Shown: in pieces, positions 1 to 11,050 of the stretch | Position numbering within the stretch: the first letter of the stretch is position 1 | Layout: every line of letters begins with the position of its first letter | Assembly: GCA_050183765.1 (NCBI GenBank) | Contig: JBFXAZ010000013.1 | Span: forward strand, 2,265 to 66,264 | Reading direction: 5' to 3' | Origin: Reyranellaceae bacterium | GTDB lineage: Bacteria > Pseudomonadota > Alphaproteobacteria > Reyranellales > Reyranellaceae | DNA: 64,000 nt | The notes under the pieces: generated by a model | The model's database searches: none | Seen by the model: only the letters and a program-made list of their open reading frames with translations | Told to the model about the DNA's origin: nothing | Position numbers and translations under genes: made by a program

Positions 1-1245
1 GCCGTAGCCGAGCTGGGTGGTCTTGCCCCAGCCGATATAGGTGTGCGGCGCGGTCGGCTTCCAGAACGGCGAGAGCTGGTCGCGCGGGCTGCCGGCGTCG
101 TGGGTGATGATGGTGTTGGCGACGTCGACGGTCTTCTGCAGCTCCCACAGCACGCGATAGGGATTGAGCGGCTCGTCGTTCGACTCCAGCTTGGGCAGCC
201 ACGCCTTCAGCCATTCCGCATGCACGGCGGCGATCTGCTTGGCCACCGCCGTCGAATCCTTCTTCGTGGCACCCGCCGCCTTGCAGGCGTCGATCACCGC
301 GCGCAGCGTGAGCTGGGCATCGCCGATCAGGCCGTGCTGCACGCGCACGTCCTTGTTGAGATGATCAGGGTCGAGCGTCGCCTGGATGATGGTCTTGCCC
401 TTGGGCATCGACACGCCGAAATTGGTCTCGGTGAAGCTGCAGCCGATGCCGAAGATCACGTCGGACTCGGCGAGGAACTGGTGCACCGCCTTGGGCATGG
501 CGCGGCCGCCCGAGCCCAGCGACAGCGGATGGGTCTCGTCGAAGCAGCTCTTGCCCTCGAGGCTGGTGCAGACCGGGATCGCCAGCAGCTCGGCCAGCTC
601 CTTCAGCTCGGCATAGGCATTGGCCCAGTGCACGCCCTGGCCGGCGTAGATCACCGGCTTCTGCGCGCCCATCAGCACCTTGGCCACCTGCTTCACCGCC
701 TCGGGATCGGGCCCGCTGCGCGTCGAGAGGACGGGCGTGTAGTCGATCGGCTCGGGCACCTCCTCGGCGAAGGTGTCGGTCGGCACCTCGATCACCACCG
801 GCCCGCCGCGGCCGTTGCGCAGCAGGGAGAAGGCGCGGCGCATGATGTTGGGCACCTCGGCGCCCGAGGTGACCGGCTCGGCGTGCTTCGAGACCTGCGC
901 CATGGCGATGCTCGAGTTGAAGTTCGGCGGGATGTGCGCGATGCGCCGCGCGTAGCCCATGGGCATCACCAGCACCGGCACCGATTCGCCGAAGCACTGT
1001 GCCACGGCGCCGTAGGCATTCTCGGCGCCCGGTCCGTGCTGCATGCAGAACACGCCCATCTTCTTGCCGCGCGTCAGCCGCGAGATCGCGTCGGCCATGT
1101 GCAGGCCGATGCGCTCCTGGCGCACGATGATCGGCCGGATGTCGAGATGGGCGGCCAGCTCGAGGATGTGGTTCACCGGATAGCCGATGATGATCTCGAC
1201 GCCCTCGCGCTTCAGGATCTCGGAAATCGCCAGACCGACCTTCAT
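1..1245 (-). CDS. Thiamine-diphosphate-dependent enzyme, acetolactate-synthase-large-subunit-like (3' part lies outside the window)
   Basis: The reverse frame is open from base 1 to the ATG at 1245-1243, with GGAGG about 8 nt upstream. Translation MKVGLAISEILKREGVEIIIGYPVNH...CMQHGPGAENAYGAVAQCFGESVPVLV resembles TPP-enzyme N-terminal and central domains. It is missing from the ORF track because it runs off the edge. Confidence 0.75.
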   Translation of the reverse strand, partial: MKVGLAISEILKREGVEIIIGYPVNHILELAAHLDIRPIIVRQERIGLHMADAISRLTRGKKMGVFCMQHGPGAENAYGAVAQCFGESVPVLVMPMGYARRIAHIPPNFNSSIAMAQVSKHAEPVTSGAEVPNIMRRAFSLLRNGRGGPVVIEVPTDTFAEEVPEPIDYTPVLSTRSGPDPEAVKQVAKVLMGAQKPVIYAGQGVHWANAYAELKELAELLAIPVCTSLEGKSCFDETHPLSLGSGGRAMPKAVHQFLAESDVIFGIGCSFTETNFGVSMPKGKTIIQATLDPDHLNKDVRVQHGLIGDAQLTLRAVIDACKAAGATKKDSTAVAKQIAAVHAEWLKAWLPKLESNDEPLNPYRVLWELQKTVDVANTIITHDAGSPRDQLSPFWKPTAPHTYIGWGKTTQLGYG

Positions 1246-1311
1246 GACCGTTCCTCCCTGTTTAGGGGAACGATCATGGCGGCCCCGGCGGGCCGGAGTC
1301 CATCGCGGCTT

Positions 1312-2253
1312 CTATGCGCCCTTGGACTTGCCGCCGCGCGTGCGGAGGAAGTCGCCGATCTCGCCCACCAGGCCCTTGCGGAAGGCCATGACAATGGTCA
1401 CGAAGATCACGCCCTGGATCACCAGCACCCATTCGCCGGCCGAGGCCAGGTAGTTCTGCATGGTGATGATCACGATGGCGCCCACCACCGGGCCGGCCAG
1501 GGTGCCCAGCCCGCCGACCAGCGCCATCAGCACCACCTCGCCCGACATCGCCGCCGTGACGTCGGTCAAGGTCGCGAACTGCAGCACCATGGCCTTGGTC
1601 GAGCCGGCGAGGCCGGCCAGCGCCGCCGACAGCACGAAGGCCAGCCACTTGTAGAGGGTGGCGTTGTAGCCGAGCGACTGCGCGCGCGGCTCGTTCTCGC
1701 GGATGGCCTTCAGCACCTGGCCGAAGGGCGAATGCACGATGCGGTGGATCGCGGCGTAGCCGAACACGACGATCGCCAGCACCACGTAGTACAGGACCTG
1801 ATCGTCCTTGATGTCGATCAGCCCGCCCAGCAGGGGCCGGCGCGGGATGCCCTGCAGCCCGTCCTCGCCATGGGTGAACGGCGCCTGGACGCAGAAGAAG
1901 TAGATCATCTGGCTGAAGGCCAGGGTGATCATCGCGAAGTAGATGCCCTGGCGGCGGATCGCCAACGCGCCGGTGGCGGCGCCCAACGCGGCGGCGCCCA
2001 TCACGCCGGTCAGCAGGCCCAGCTCCGGCGGCCAGCCCCAAACCTTGACCACGTGGCCGTAGAGATAGGCGGCCATGCCGAAGAACATGGCGTGGCCGAA
2101 GCTCAGCAGGCCGGCATAGCCCAGCAGCAGGTTGAAGGCGCAGGCGAACAGCGCGAAGCACAGCGCCGTCATCAGGAACACCGGATAGGCCACGAACGGC
2201 GCGACCAGCGCCGCGACCAGCAGCAGGGCGATGACGATTCGGTTGTTCATCAT
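1312..2253 (-). CDS. livM: Branched-chain amino acid ABC transporter permease (LivM type)
   Basis: The real start is MMNNRIVIALLLVAALVAPF at 2253, inside the fused 1312..3588 track ORF, with an ATGA overlap onto the livH stop. The sequence is a multi-TM LivM-like permease. Confidence 0.88.
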   Translation of the reverse strand: MMNNRIVIALLLVAALVAPFVAYPVFLMTALCFALFACAFNLLLGYAGLLSFGHAMFFGMAAYLYGHVVKVWGWPPELGLLTGVMGAAALGAATGALAIRRQGIYFAMITLAFSQMIYFFCVQAPFTHGEDGLQGIPRRPLLGGLIDIKDDQVLYYVVLAIVVFGYAAIHRIVHSPFGQVLKAIRENEPRAQSLGYNATLYKWLAFVLSAALAGLAGSTKAMVLQFATLTDVTAAMSGEVVLMALVGGLGTLAGPVVGAIVIITMQNYLASAGEWVLVIQGVIFVTIVMAFRKGLVGEIGDFLRTRGGKSKGA

Positions 2254-3131
2254 TTCGTCTGCCCAAACAGGCCGGCCGGCTTGATCAGCAGGACGATGGC
2301 CATGATGACGAAGATCACGGTGCTCGAGGCTTCGGGATAGAACACCTTGGTCAAGCCCTCGACCAGACCCAGCCCAAAGCCGGTGACGATCGAGCCCATG
2401 ATCGAGCCCATGCCGCCGATCACCACGACGGCGAAGACGATCAGCACCAGGTTCTGGCCCATCAGCGGCGAGACCTGGTAGATCGGCGCCGCCATCACGC
2501 CGGCCAGCGCCGCGAGCCCGACGCCGAGCCCGTAGGTCAGCGTGATCAGCTTGGGCACGTTGATGCCGAAGGCCTGCACCAGGGTCGGGTTCTCGGTCGC
2601 GGCGCGCAGGTAACCGCCCAGGCGCGTTCGTTCGATCGCGTACCAGGTGGCGAGGCAGACGACGAGCGCGAAGACCACGACGAAGGCGCGGTAGGTCGGC
2701 AGGTACATGAAGCCGAGGTTGTAGCCGCCGGGGATCGGGTTCGGGTACGGCTGCCCCGAGGAGCCCCATTTGTACTGGAAGATCCCCTCGATCACCAACG
2801 CCAGCCCGAAGGTCAGCAGGAAGCCGTAGAGGTGGTCGAGGTGATAGAGCCGTTTGAGCAGCAATCGTTCGAGCAACACGCCGAAGAGCCCGACGATGAT
2901 CGGCGCGAGCACCAGCGCGACCCAGAACGGAACGCTCAGGATGGTCAGCATCAGCCACGCCACGAAGGCGCCCAGCATGTACTGCGCGCCATGCGTGAAG
3001 TTGATGACGTTGAGCATGCCGAAGATCACCGCCAGCCCGAGGCTGAGCATGGCGTAGAAGGCGCCGTTGATCAGGCCGACCAGCAGCTGGCCGAACAGCG
3101 CCTGGGGAGGAATGCCGAGGAGCTCGAACAT
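2250..3131 (-). CDS. livH: Branched-chain amino acid ABC transporter permease (LivH type)
   Basis: 293-aa polytopic membrane protein MFELLGIPPQALFGQLLVGLINGAFYAM... It is tightly packed in an operon with livM, livF and livG. Confidence 0.88.
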   Translation of the reverse strand: MFELLGIPPQALFGQLLVGLINGAFYAMLSLGLAVIFGMLNVINFTHGAQYMLGAFVAWLMLTILSVPFWVALVLAPIIVGLFGVLLERLLLKRLYHLDHLYGFLLTFGLALVIEGIFQYKWGSSGQPYPNPIPGGYNLGFMYLPTYRAFVVVFALVVCLATWYAIERTRLGGYLRAATENPTLVQAFGINVPKLITLTYGLGVGLAALAGVMAAPIYQVSPLMGQNLVLIVFAVVVIGGMGSIMGSIVTGFGLGLVEGLTKVFYPEASSTVIFVIMAIVLLIKPAGLFGQTK

Positions 3132-3134
3132 CGG

Positions 3135-3831
<697 letters not shown>

Positions 3832-3854
<23 letters not shown>

Positions 3855-4593
3855 AGGCTTCGACGACGGCGGGGTTCTTCGACACGGTCTCGTAGGGCCC
3901 TTCGGCCAGCACCTCGCCGCGCGCCAGCACGGTGATCGTGTCGGACAGATCGGCGACCACGGACATGTTGTGCTCGACCATCAGCACCGTGCGGTTCTTG
4001 GCGACCTGGCGGATCAGCGCCGAGATGCGCGTGATGTCCTCGTGGCCCAGCCCCGCCATCGGCTCGTCGAGCAGCATCATCTCGGGCTCGAGCGCCAGCG
4101 TGGTGGCGATCTCCAGCGCGCGCTTGCGGCCATAGGGCAGCTCGACCGCCGGCAGGCTGGCGAACTCCGACAGACCGACCGCATCGATCAGCTCCAGCGC
4201 CCGGCCGTTGAGGCTGTCGAGGCTCTTTTCCGAGCGCCAGAAGTAGAATGAGGTGCCGAGCTGGCGCTGCAGGGCGACGCGCACGTTCTCGCGCACCGAC
4301 AGATGCGGGAACACCGCCGAGATCTGGAAGGACCGCACCAGGCCCATGCGCGCGATGGTCGCCGGCGCGCTGCCGGTGATGTCGGTGCCGTTGAAGCGGA
4401 TGCGCCCGGCGGTCGGCACCAGGAAATGCGTCAGCAGGTTGAAGCAGGTCGTCTTGCCGGCGCCGTTCGGACCGATCAGGGCGTGGATGGAATGGCGCCG
4501 GATCCGCAAATCCACATTGTTGACGGCGAAAAAGCCCCTGAACTCCTTGGTGAGCCCTTGCGCCTCGAGAATTACGTCGTCAGCCATTACCAC
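3832..4593 (-). CDS. livG: ABC transporter ATP-binding protein (LivG type)
   Basis: Walker A GPNGAGKTTCFN and Walker B MMLLDEP, with a LivG-like C-terminal extension. The 3' end overlaps the livF start by 23 nt. Confidence 0.9.
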
Positions 4594-4705
4594 TCCCCGT
4601 TCCGTCGCCTATAGCATGAACGGTATCGACGCTGTACAGGCCCGCGAAGCGCGCTAGTGTGCGGCGCACGTGCGGCCGGGCCGCGACCCAGAGGGAGAGA
4701 CGAGT

Positions 4706-5911
4706 ATGCTTGGTAGATTGTTTGCGGGCCTCGCCGTCGCCGGCGTGGCGCTCGGCCTGGCCGGCGCGGCGCAGGCGCAGAAACCGTTCAGAATCGGCGT
4801 AATGGAAGGCTTTACCGGCGTCTACGGCGACCTCACCGCCGGCGAGGTCGAGGCCATCCAGATGGCCATCGACGATTTCGGCGGCAAGGTGCTGGGCCGG
4901 CCTATCGAGCTTCTGTCGGCGGATCACCAGACGAAACCGGATGTCGGTGCCGCGATCGCGCGCAAATGGTTCGACGTCGATGACGTCAAGATGATCACCG
5001 GCATCGGCACCTCGTCGGTGGCGCTCGCAGTGCGGAAGATTGCCCAGGAAAAAGGCCGCATCGACATCAACTCCGGCGCGGCCTCGGCCGACCTGACCGG
5101 CCCCGCCTGCTCGCCCACCGGCGCGCACTGGACCTACGACACCTATGCGCTGGCCAAGGTGACCGGCGGCGCCGTGGTCAAGGACGGCGGCGATTCGTGG
5201 TTCTTCATCACCGCCGACTACGCCTTCGGCCATGCCCTGGAGCGCGACGTCACCGCCGTCGTCAAGGCAGCCGGCGGCAAGGTGCTGGGCGGCGTGCGCG
5301 TGCCGCTCAGCACGCAGGACTTCTCGTCCTTCCTGCTGCAGGCCCAGTCCTCGAAGGCCAAGATCATCGGCCTGGCCAATGCCGGCAACGACACCATCAA
5401 CTCGATCAAGCAGGCCGGCGAGTTCGGCATCGTCAAGGGCGGCCAGCGCCTGGCGGGCCTGCTGGTCTTCTCGACCGACGTGCAGGCGCTGACCCTGCCG
5501 GTGGCGCAGGGACTGGTGCTGACCGAGGCGTTCTACTGGGATCTCAATGACGAGACCCGCGCCTGGACCGCGCGCTTCCGCAAGAAGAAGGACAAGCTGC
5601 CCAGCATGCTGACCATCGGCGTCTACAGCTCGACCTTGCACTACCTCAAGGCCGTGCAGGCGGCGGGCACCGACGATGCCAAGGCCGTGATGGCCAAGAT
5701 GCGCGAGCTGCCGGTCAACGATCCGATGACCAAGAACGGCCGGCTGCGCGAGGACGGCCGCCTGATCCGCGACATGTACCTTTTCCAGGTGAAGTCGCCG
5801 TCGGAGTCGAAGAGCAAGGACGACATCTACAAGCTGCTGGCCACCGTGCCCGGCGACCAGGCCTATCGTCCGCTGGCCGAGGGCAAGTGCCCGTTGGTGA
5901 AGACCAACTGA
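4706..5911 (+). CDS. ABC transporter periplasmic substrate-binding protein (Leu/Ile/Val-binding family)
   Basis: Sec signal MLGRLFAGLAVAGVALGLAGAAQA followed by a type-I periplasmic binding-protein-like sequence. I moved the start to ATG 4706, which follows GGGAGAG. The gene is divergent from the liv permease operon. Confidence 0.85.
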   Translation: MLGRLFAGLAVAGVALGLAGAAQAQKPFRIGVMEGFTGVYGDLTAGEVEAIQMAIDDFGGKVLGRPIELLSADHQTKPDVGAAIARKWFDVDDVKMITGIGTSSVALAVRKIAQEKGRIDINSGAASADLTGPACSPTGAHWTYDTYALAKVTGGAVVKDGGDSWFFITADYAFGHALERDVTAVVKAAGGKVLGGVRVPLSTQDFSSFLLQAQSSKAKIIGLANAGNDTINSIKQAGEFGIVKGGQRLAGLLVFSTDVQALTLPVAQGLVLTEAFYWDLNDETRAWTARFRKKKDKLPSMLTIGVYSSTLHYLKAVQAAGTDDAKAVMAKMRELPVNDPMTKNGRLREDGRLIRDMYLFQVKSPSESKSKDDIYKLLATVPGDQAYRPLAEGKCPLVKTN

Positions 5912-5931
5912 GCCGATCCCGAACGCGACGA

Positions 5932-5967
5932 GGGCCGTCCGGCGCCAGCCGGGCGGCCCTTTTCGTT
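5932..5967 (+). terminator. Rho-independent terminator between convergent genes
   Basis: GC-rich hairpin GGGCCGTCCGG...CCGGGCGGCCC (one mismatch) followed by TTTTCGTT, directly after the binding-protein stop codon. Confidence 0.5.
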
Positions 5968-5978
5968 GTCGGGGGGCC

Positions 5979-6608
5979 TCAGGTCATCGGCAGCGCGATG
6001 TGCTTCTTGTAGGCCGGCCGCTCGGCCAGCCTGTCGTACCAGGCCTTGAGATGCGGCATGGCCGGCAGGTCGTCGCGCTTGAACGGCAGGTGAAGCCAGC
6101 GATAGGCCATGGCGCCGGCCGGGATGTCGCCCATGGTGAAGGTGGCGCCGGCGACGAAAGGCCGGTTCGCGAGATGGCCGTCGAGACGCTGCCACAGCGG
6201 CGCCGTGGCGACACGCGCCTTCTCGATGGCGTCGAGGTCGCGCTTTTCCGGCGGCGTGCGGATCAGGCCCCAGAACAGCGTCGTCATGCCGACCGGAAGG
6301 ATGGTGAGCTGCCAGTCCATCCAGCGATCGGCCTCGCCGCGCGCGCGCGGCTCGAGCGGCCACAGCGTGCCGGCGGCATGGGTCGCCGCCAGATAACGCA
6401 CGATCGAGTTCGACTCCCATAGCACATAGCCGTTGTCGTCGATGGTCGGCACCACGCCGTTGGGATTCATCGAGCGGTACCACGGCTGGTCGTTGCCGCC
6501 GAAGGCGCCGCCTACGTCGATACGCTCATAGGCCAGCCCGCATTCGTCAGCCGCCCACAGCGCCTTCTGCACGTTGATCGAGTTGGCGCGCCCGTAGATC
6601 TTCAGCAT
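5979..6608 (-). CDS. Glutathione S-transferase family protein
   Basis: MLKIYGRANSINVQKALWAADECGLAYERIDVGG... shows a thioredoxin-like N-domain plus a helical C-domain. The 209-aa length is typical of GSTs. Confidence 0.82.
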   Translation of the reverse strand: MLKIYGRANSINVQKALWAADECGLAYERIDVGGAFGGNDQPWYRSMNPNGVVPTIDDNGYVLWESNSIVRYLAATHAAGTLWPLEPRARGEADRWMDWQLTILPVGMTTLFWGLIRTPPEKRDLDAIEKARVATAPLWQRLDGHLANRPFVAGATFTMGDIPAGAMAYRWLHLPFKRDDLPAMPHLKAWYDRLAERPAYKKHIALPMT

Positions 6609-6618
6609 GGCCTCTCCC

Positions 6619-7395
6619 CTATTCGCGCCGCCACGCGCCGTCGCGCGACAGCAGGCGATAGCTGGTGCGTCGCGTCTGCTGGCGAGTCTCCTGGACCGCG
6701 ATGGCCTGGCCGTCGGCGCTCCAGCTTAGAGTGTACTGGATATCGGGATTGTCATCCGGCTGCCAGACGACCTTCTCCTGTGCCACGCCGTCAGGCCCGA
6801 TCGACACGACACCCAGCTCGCGGCCATTGAGCTGCTCGTCGCGGAAGCCGAAGGCGCGCTTCAGGTCGGCCGACAGCACGGGCTGCGCGGGCAGCGAGGT
6901 CATCACGCCGGTCGACGGCGCGATCAGCCAGTAGAAATCGAACTCGTTCATGCTCACGTGGACGGCGTAGAGGTTCGCCGCCGGCGGCAGGTCGACCAGG
7001 ACGTGGAAGCGATCGCCATCGAACAGGGCGGAGCCGTAGACTCCCTGGTCGAACAGCTTCAGCGTGCGGCCGCCGCTCAGGGCCAGCATCAGCACGCCGC
7101 CCGAGCGACTGGCCCGCAGCGCCGGCGACGTGCCCAGACGCTGCAGGCGGCGCGCTTCTTCGAGCCATTGCTGGCGCACACCCGCCGGGAGCGCGTTGGC
7201 CTCGACGTTGGACCGCATCTCCTCGGGCGTGGACCAGCCGCTGCGCTCGCCCGGCTCGATGACGGCGTTGGTGCCCGGCGCGACCATCGGCGGCCGCCGA
7301 ATGCTCTCGTTGTCCTGCGCGCGCGCCGCGACGCCGGCCATCGCCACGCACGCCAGTGCGAGGAGCATCGCGCGAGGGGCGCGCACCATGCCCAT
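6619..7395 (-). CDS. Secreted hypothetical protein
   Basis: Signal-peptide-like N-terminus MGMVRAPRAMLLALACVAMAGVAARAQ. I recognise no family. It lies immediately downstream of polA, and the start codon choice is uncertain (7404 TTG, 7395 ATG or 7389 ATG). Confidence 0.55.
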   Translation of the reverse strand: MGMVRAPRAMLLALACVAMAGVAARAQDNESIRRPPMVAPGTNAVIEPGERSGWSTPEEMRSNVEANALPAGVRQQWLEEARRLQRLGTSPALRASRSGGVLMLALSGGRTLKLFDQGVYGSALFDGDRFHVLVDLPPAANLYAVHVSMNEFDFYWLIAPSTGVMTSLPAQPVLSADLKRAFGFRDEQLNGRELGVVSIGPDGVAQEKVVWQPDDNPDIQYTLSWSADGQAIAVQETRQQTRRTSYRLLSRDGAWRRE

Positions 7396-7400
7396 GACGC

Positions 7401-10316
7401 TCAATGTGCCTCCGCCCAGCTCGCGCCGCTTCCGACCTCGACGACCAGCGGCACCGACAGCGCCGCGGCCTTCTCCATCGTCGCCTTGATCGCGGCGCTG
7501 GCGCTTTCGGCCTCGTCGCGCGGCGCCTCGAACACGAGCTCGTCGTGCACCTGCAGCAGCATCCGCGTCTTCAGCCCCGCCGCCTTCATCGCGCCGGGCA
7601 GCGCGATCATCGCGCGCTTGATGATGTCGGCGGCGCCGCCCTGCAGCGGCGCGTTGATCGCCGCGCGCTCGGAGAAGCCGCGCCGCGCCGGGTTCTTGTC
7701 GTTGATGCCGGTGAGATGGATCTTGCGGCCGAACGGCGTCATCACGTAGCCGCGCTCACGGCAGTACTTGCGCGTGCGGTCCATATAGTCGCGGATGCCC
7801 GGATAGCGCTCGAAATAGGCGTCGATGTAGCGCCGCGCCTCGCCCTGGCCGATGCCGAGCTGCGCCGCCAGGCCGAAGGCCGACATGCCGTAGATGATGC
7901 CGAAATTGATCGCCTTGGCCTGGCGCCGCACCATCGGGTCCATGCCGGCCATCGGCGCGCCGAAGACCTCCGACGCCGTGCGCGCGTGGATGTCCTCGCC
8001 GCGCGAGAACGATTCCTTCAGCGAGTCGATTCCGGCGACATGGGCCAGCAGCCGCAGCTCGATCTGCGAATAGTCCGCCGAAAGCAGGATGTGGCCCTTC
8101 TCGGCGACGAAGGCCCGGCGGATCTTGCGCCCGTCCTCGGTGCGCACGGGGATGTTCTGCAGGTTGGGATCGGTCGAGGCTAGGCGACCGGTCGAGGCGC
8201 CGGTCATGTGATACGAGGTGTGCACGCGGCCGGTCCTGCGATCGATCTGCGTCACCAGCGCGTCGGTATAGGTGCCCTTCAGCTTGGCGAGCTGGCGGTG
8301 CTCCATGATCGCCCTGGGCAGGGCGTGGCCGGCATCGGCGAGCTCCTCGAGGATGCCGACATCGGTGGCCCAGGCGCCGTTCTTGTTGCGCTTGCCGCCG
8401 GGCAGCTTCATCTCGTCGAACAGGATCTCGCCCAGCTGCTTGGGCGAGTTCACGTTGAAGCTCTTGCCGGCGAGCTTGTGCGCCTCGGCCTCGTACTCGG
8501 CCATGCGGCGCTCGAAATCGGCACTGAGCCGCTTCAGTTCCGTGGCGTCGACCTTCACGCCGGCGCGTTCCATGTCGACCAGCACGGGAATCAGCGGCCG
8601 CTCGATGCGCTCGTACATCGCCGTCATGCGCTCGTCCGCGGTGCGCGGCTTCAGCGTCAGCCACAGCTGCATGGTGACGTCGGCATCCTCGGCGGCGTAG
8701 TCGCGCGCCTTGTCGATGGCCACGCGATCGAAGCTCACCTGCTTGACGCCCGAGCCGGCGACGTCGGCGAACTTGATGGTCGAGACGCCCAGATGCAGCT
8801 CGGCCAGCTCGTCCATGCCGTGGCCGTGCTTGCCGCCGTCGAGGACGAAGGACAGCAGCATGGTGTCGTCGACCGGCGCGATGCTCACGCCGTGACGCAG
8901 GAAGACGGCGTAGTCGTACTTGATGTTCTGCCCGATCTTCAGCACGCCCTCGTCCTCGAGCAGCGGCTTCAGCGCCTGGAGCATGTCGTCGAGCGGCAGC
9001 TGGCCGGGCAGCAAGGCGTCGGATCCCGTCGCCGCGGCCTGCTCGCCGCCGAGATCGAGCGCGCCCTGCTTGGGCGCCGCCGGCGGTCGATGGCCCAGCG
9101 GCACGTAGGCGGCGCGGCGGCGCGAGGCGTCGATGTCGCCCACCGGCCCGTCGGGCAGCGCCAGCGAGACGCCGACCAGCCCGGCGTTGAGCGAATCCAG
9201 CGCATCCGTCTCGCAGTCGAAGGCGACGACACCGGCCTTGCGCGCGGCGGCGGCGAAATCCTCGAGCTGCGCGGCGGTTGTGATCAGCTCGTAGTCGGCG
9301 AGGCCGAATGGACGGTCGGAGATACGCCAATCGCGCGCCGACGCGTCGGCGGTGGCTGGCGCCGGCGCCTGAGTGGCGGGCGCGGCCTCAGCCGGTGCGG
9401 CCTGGGCCGGCGCGGCAGAGGCCGCCGCCGGTGCCGGCGCGCCGTTGCGGTACTTCGACAGCAGCGAGCGGAAGCCCTGCTGCTCCAGCCACGGCACCAG
9501 GATCGCGGTATCCGGCGCGCGCTTGTCGAAGGAATCGGCGTGTTCCGTCACCGGTACGTCGTCGCGCAGCTTCACCAGCTGGCGCGAGATGCGCGCCAGC
9601 TCGGCATTGGTCTGCAGCGATTCGCGCCGCTTGGGCTGCTTGATCTCGCCGGCGCGCTGCAGCAGCGCATCGAGGTCGCCGTATTCGGTGATCAGCTGCG
9701 CCGCCGTCTTCACGCCGATGCCGGGCACGCCCGGCACGTTGTCGGTGCTGTCGCCGGCCAGCGCCTGCACGTCGACGACCTTTTCCGGCGCGACGCCGAA
9801 CTTCTCGAGCACCGCCTCGCGGCCCAGCTTGCGCATCTTGATCGGGTCGAACAGCGAGACACGATCGCCCACCAGCTGCATCAGGTCCTTGTCGGAGGAC
9901 ACGATGGTGACGTCGGCGCCGGCCGCCACCGCCTCTCGGGTATAGGTGGCGATCAGGTCATCGGCCTCGAAGCCCGCCATCTCCATGCAGGGCAGGCCGA
10001 AGGCGCGCGTGGCTTCGCGAAACAGCGGGAATTGCGGGATCAGCTCCTCCGGCGGCTCGGGCCGGTGCGCCTTGTACTGGGGATAGATGCTGTTGCGGAA
10101 CGTCTCGCGGCCGGCATCGAGGATCACCGCAACGTGATCGATCGCCGGATCCTCGAGGAACTGGGTCAGCATCTTGCAGTAGCCGAACACCGCGTTGATC
10201 GGCGTGCCGTCCGGCCGGGTCATCGGCGGCAGGGCATGGAAGGCGCGGAAGATGTAGCCCGAGCCGTCGATCAGCCAGAGGTGGCGCAGCGGCTTGTTGG
10301 TGTCGGTCGATGGCAT
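7401..10316 (-). CDS. polA: DNA polymerase I
   Basis: 971 aa with a 5'-3' exonuclease N-domain (LIDGSGYIFRAFHA), a 3'-5' exonuclease domain and family-A polymerase motifs (SADYSQIELRLLAH, QVHDELVFE). An Ala/Pro-rich linker separates the domains. Confidence 0.97.
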   Translation of the reverse strand: MPSTDTNKPLRHLWLIDGSGYIFRAFHALPPMTRPDGTPINAVFGYCKMLTQFLEDPAIDHVAVILDAGRETFRNSIYPQYKAHRPEPPEELIPQFPLFREATRAFGLPCMEMAGFEADDLIATYTREAVAAGADVTIVSSDKDLMQLVGDRVSLFDPIKMRKLGREAVLEKFGVAPEKVVDVQALAGDSTDNVPGVPGIGVKTAAQLITEYGDLDALLQRAGEIKQPKRRESLQTNAELARISRQLVKLRDDVPVTEHADSFDKRAPDTAILVPWLEQQGFRSLLSKYRNGAPAPAAASAAPAQAAPAEAAPATQAPAPATADASARDWRISDRPFGLADYELITTAAQLEDFAAAARKAGVVAFDCETDALDSLNAGLVGVSLALPDGPVGDIDASRRRAAYVPLGHRPPAAPKQGALDLGGEQAAATGSDALLPGQLPLDDMLQALKPLLEDEGVLKIGQNIKYDYAVFLRHGVSIAPVDDTMLLSFVLDGGKHGHGMDELAELHLGVSTIKFADVAGSGVKQVSFDRVAIDKARDYAAEDADVTMQLWLTLKPRTADERMTAMYERIERPLIPVLVDMERAGVKVDATELKRLSADFERRMAEYEAEAHKLAGKSFNVNSPKQLGEILFDEMKLPGGKRNKNGAWATDVGILEELADAGHALPRAIMEHRQLAKLKGTYTDALVTQIDRRTGRVHTSYHMTGASTGRLASTDPNLQNIPVRTEDGRKIRRAFVAEKGHILLSADYSQIELRLLAHVAGIDSLKESFSRGEDIHARTASEVFGAPMAGMDPMVRRQAKAINFGIIYGMSAFGLAAQLGIGQGEARRYIDAYFERYPGIRDYMDRTRKYCRERGYVMTPFGRKIHLTGINDKNPARRGFSERAAINAPLQGGAADIIKRAMIALPGAMKAAGLKTRMLLQVHDELVFEAPRDEAESASAAIKATMEKAAALSVPLVVEVGSGASWAEAH

Positions 10317-10521
10317 GGATCCACCTCACAACAGTCGGCCGGGCTGTTCAAGGGCGGGCATCGGCGACAGACACCGTTTCGTAACCGTCGTGGGGAAAAT
10401 TTCTGCGGAAGAGTCGCGGTGCACGGGTGTTTGTTCGTGTAGGGTTCATCGGTCTGACCGGGCGGCGGGCGGTCGGATGCTGAAGGCAAAACCGTCGGGG
10501 GACACCAGGAAAGGATCCACC

Positions 10522-10965
10522 ATGCGTAAGGGACTGATCGTCGGCGCTATCGGCCTTGCCCTGTCGGGCGCCCTGGTCGGAACGGTGCTGGCGCAGGCGA
10601 CCGATCCGATCGCGGCTCGCAAGGACAACCGCAAGCAGGCTGGCGCCGCGATGAAGGCCATCAAGGGCATCATCGACGCAAAGGGACCGACGGCGGGCGC
10701 GGTCGCGCACGCGGCCAAGATCAAGGAACTCACGGTCGCGCACATCAAGCTCTATCCGAAGGGCTCGGACAAGGGCGACACCAAGGCGCTGCCCGTGATC
10801 TGGACCGAGTGGGCGGCCTTCGAGGCTGCCAATACCGCCTCGGCGAACGCCGCCGACGCCATGGCCGCGGCTGCGGGCACCGGCAAGATGGACGCGCTCG
10901 CAGCGGCCTTCGGCGCGACAGGCAAGACCTGCGGCGCCTGCCACGAGAAGTTCCGCGCGAAGTAA
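10522..10965 (+). CDS. Cytochrome c' (class II c-type cytochrome)
   Basis: Start moved to ATG 10522 after AGGAAAGGA. Signal peptide MRKGLIVGAIGLALSGALVGTVLAQA, a four-helix-bundle-like sequence, and a C-terminal haem site CGACHEKFR. Confidence 0.85.
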   Translation: MRKGLIVGAIGLALSGALVGTVLAQATDPIAARKDNRKQAGAAMKAIKGIIDAKGPTAGAVAHAAKIKELTVAHIKLYPKGSDKGDTKALPVIWTEWAAFEAANTASANAADAMAAAAGTGKMDALAAAFGATGKTCGACHEKFRAK

Positions 10966-11019
10966 CCCCGCGTACGACGCGCCGTCGGATCGCGCTTCCG
11001 CGCGGCGCCGACGATCGAG

Positions 11020-11046
11020 CGGCCGGTCCTTGCGACCGGCCGTTTC
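11020..11046 (+). terminator. Rho-independent terminator after cytochrome c'
   Basis: Hairpin CGGCCGGTC-cttgc-GACCGGCCG followed by TTTC, lying between convergent genes. Confidence 0.5.
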
Positions 11047-11050
11047 ACGT

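Noticed and set aside
43-2340. Very long ORFs in the supplied track that run antisense to recognisable genes: 43..2340 +, 8208..10442 +, 31971..34829 -, 39818..42286 -, 43680..46655 -, 56332..59187 + and 61402..63750 +.
   Set aside because: Their translations are Arg/Ala/Gly/His/Asp-rich low complexity with no motifs. Each lies opposite a gene with clear family signatures (liv, polA, fabI/regB, ABC exporter, tyrosine kinase, msrA/moeB, pnp). Stop-poor antisense frames are expected in DNA this GC-rich.
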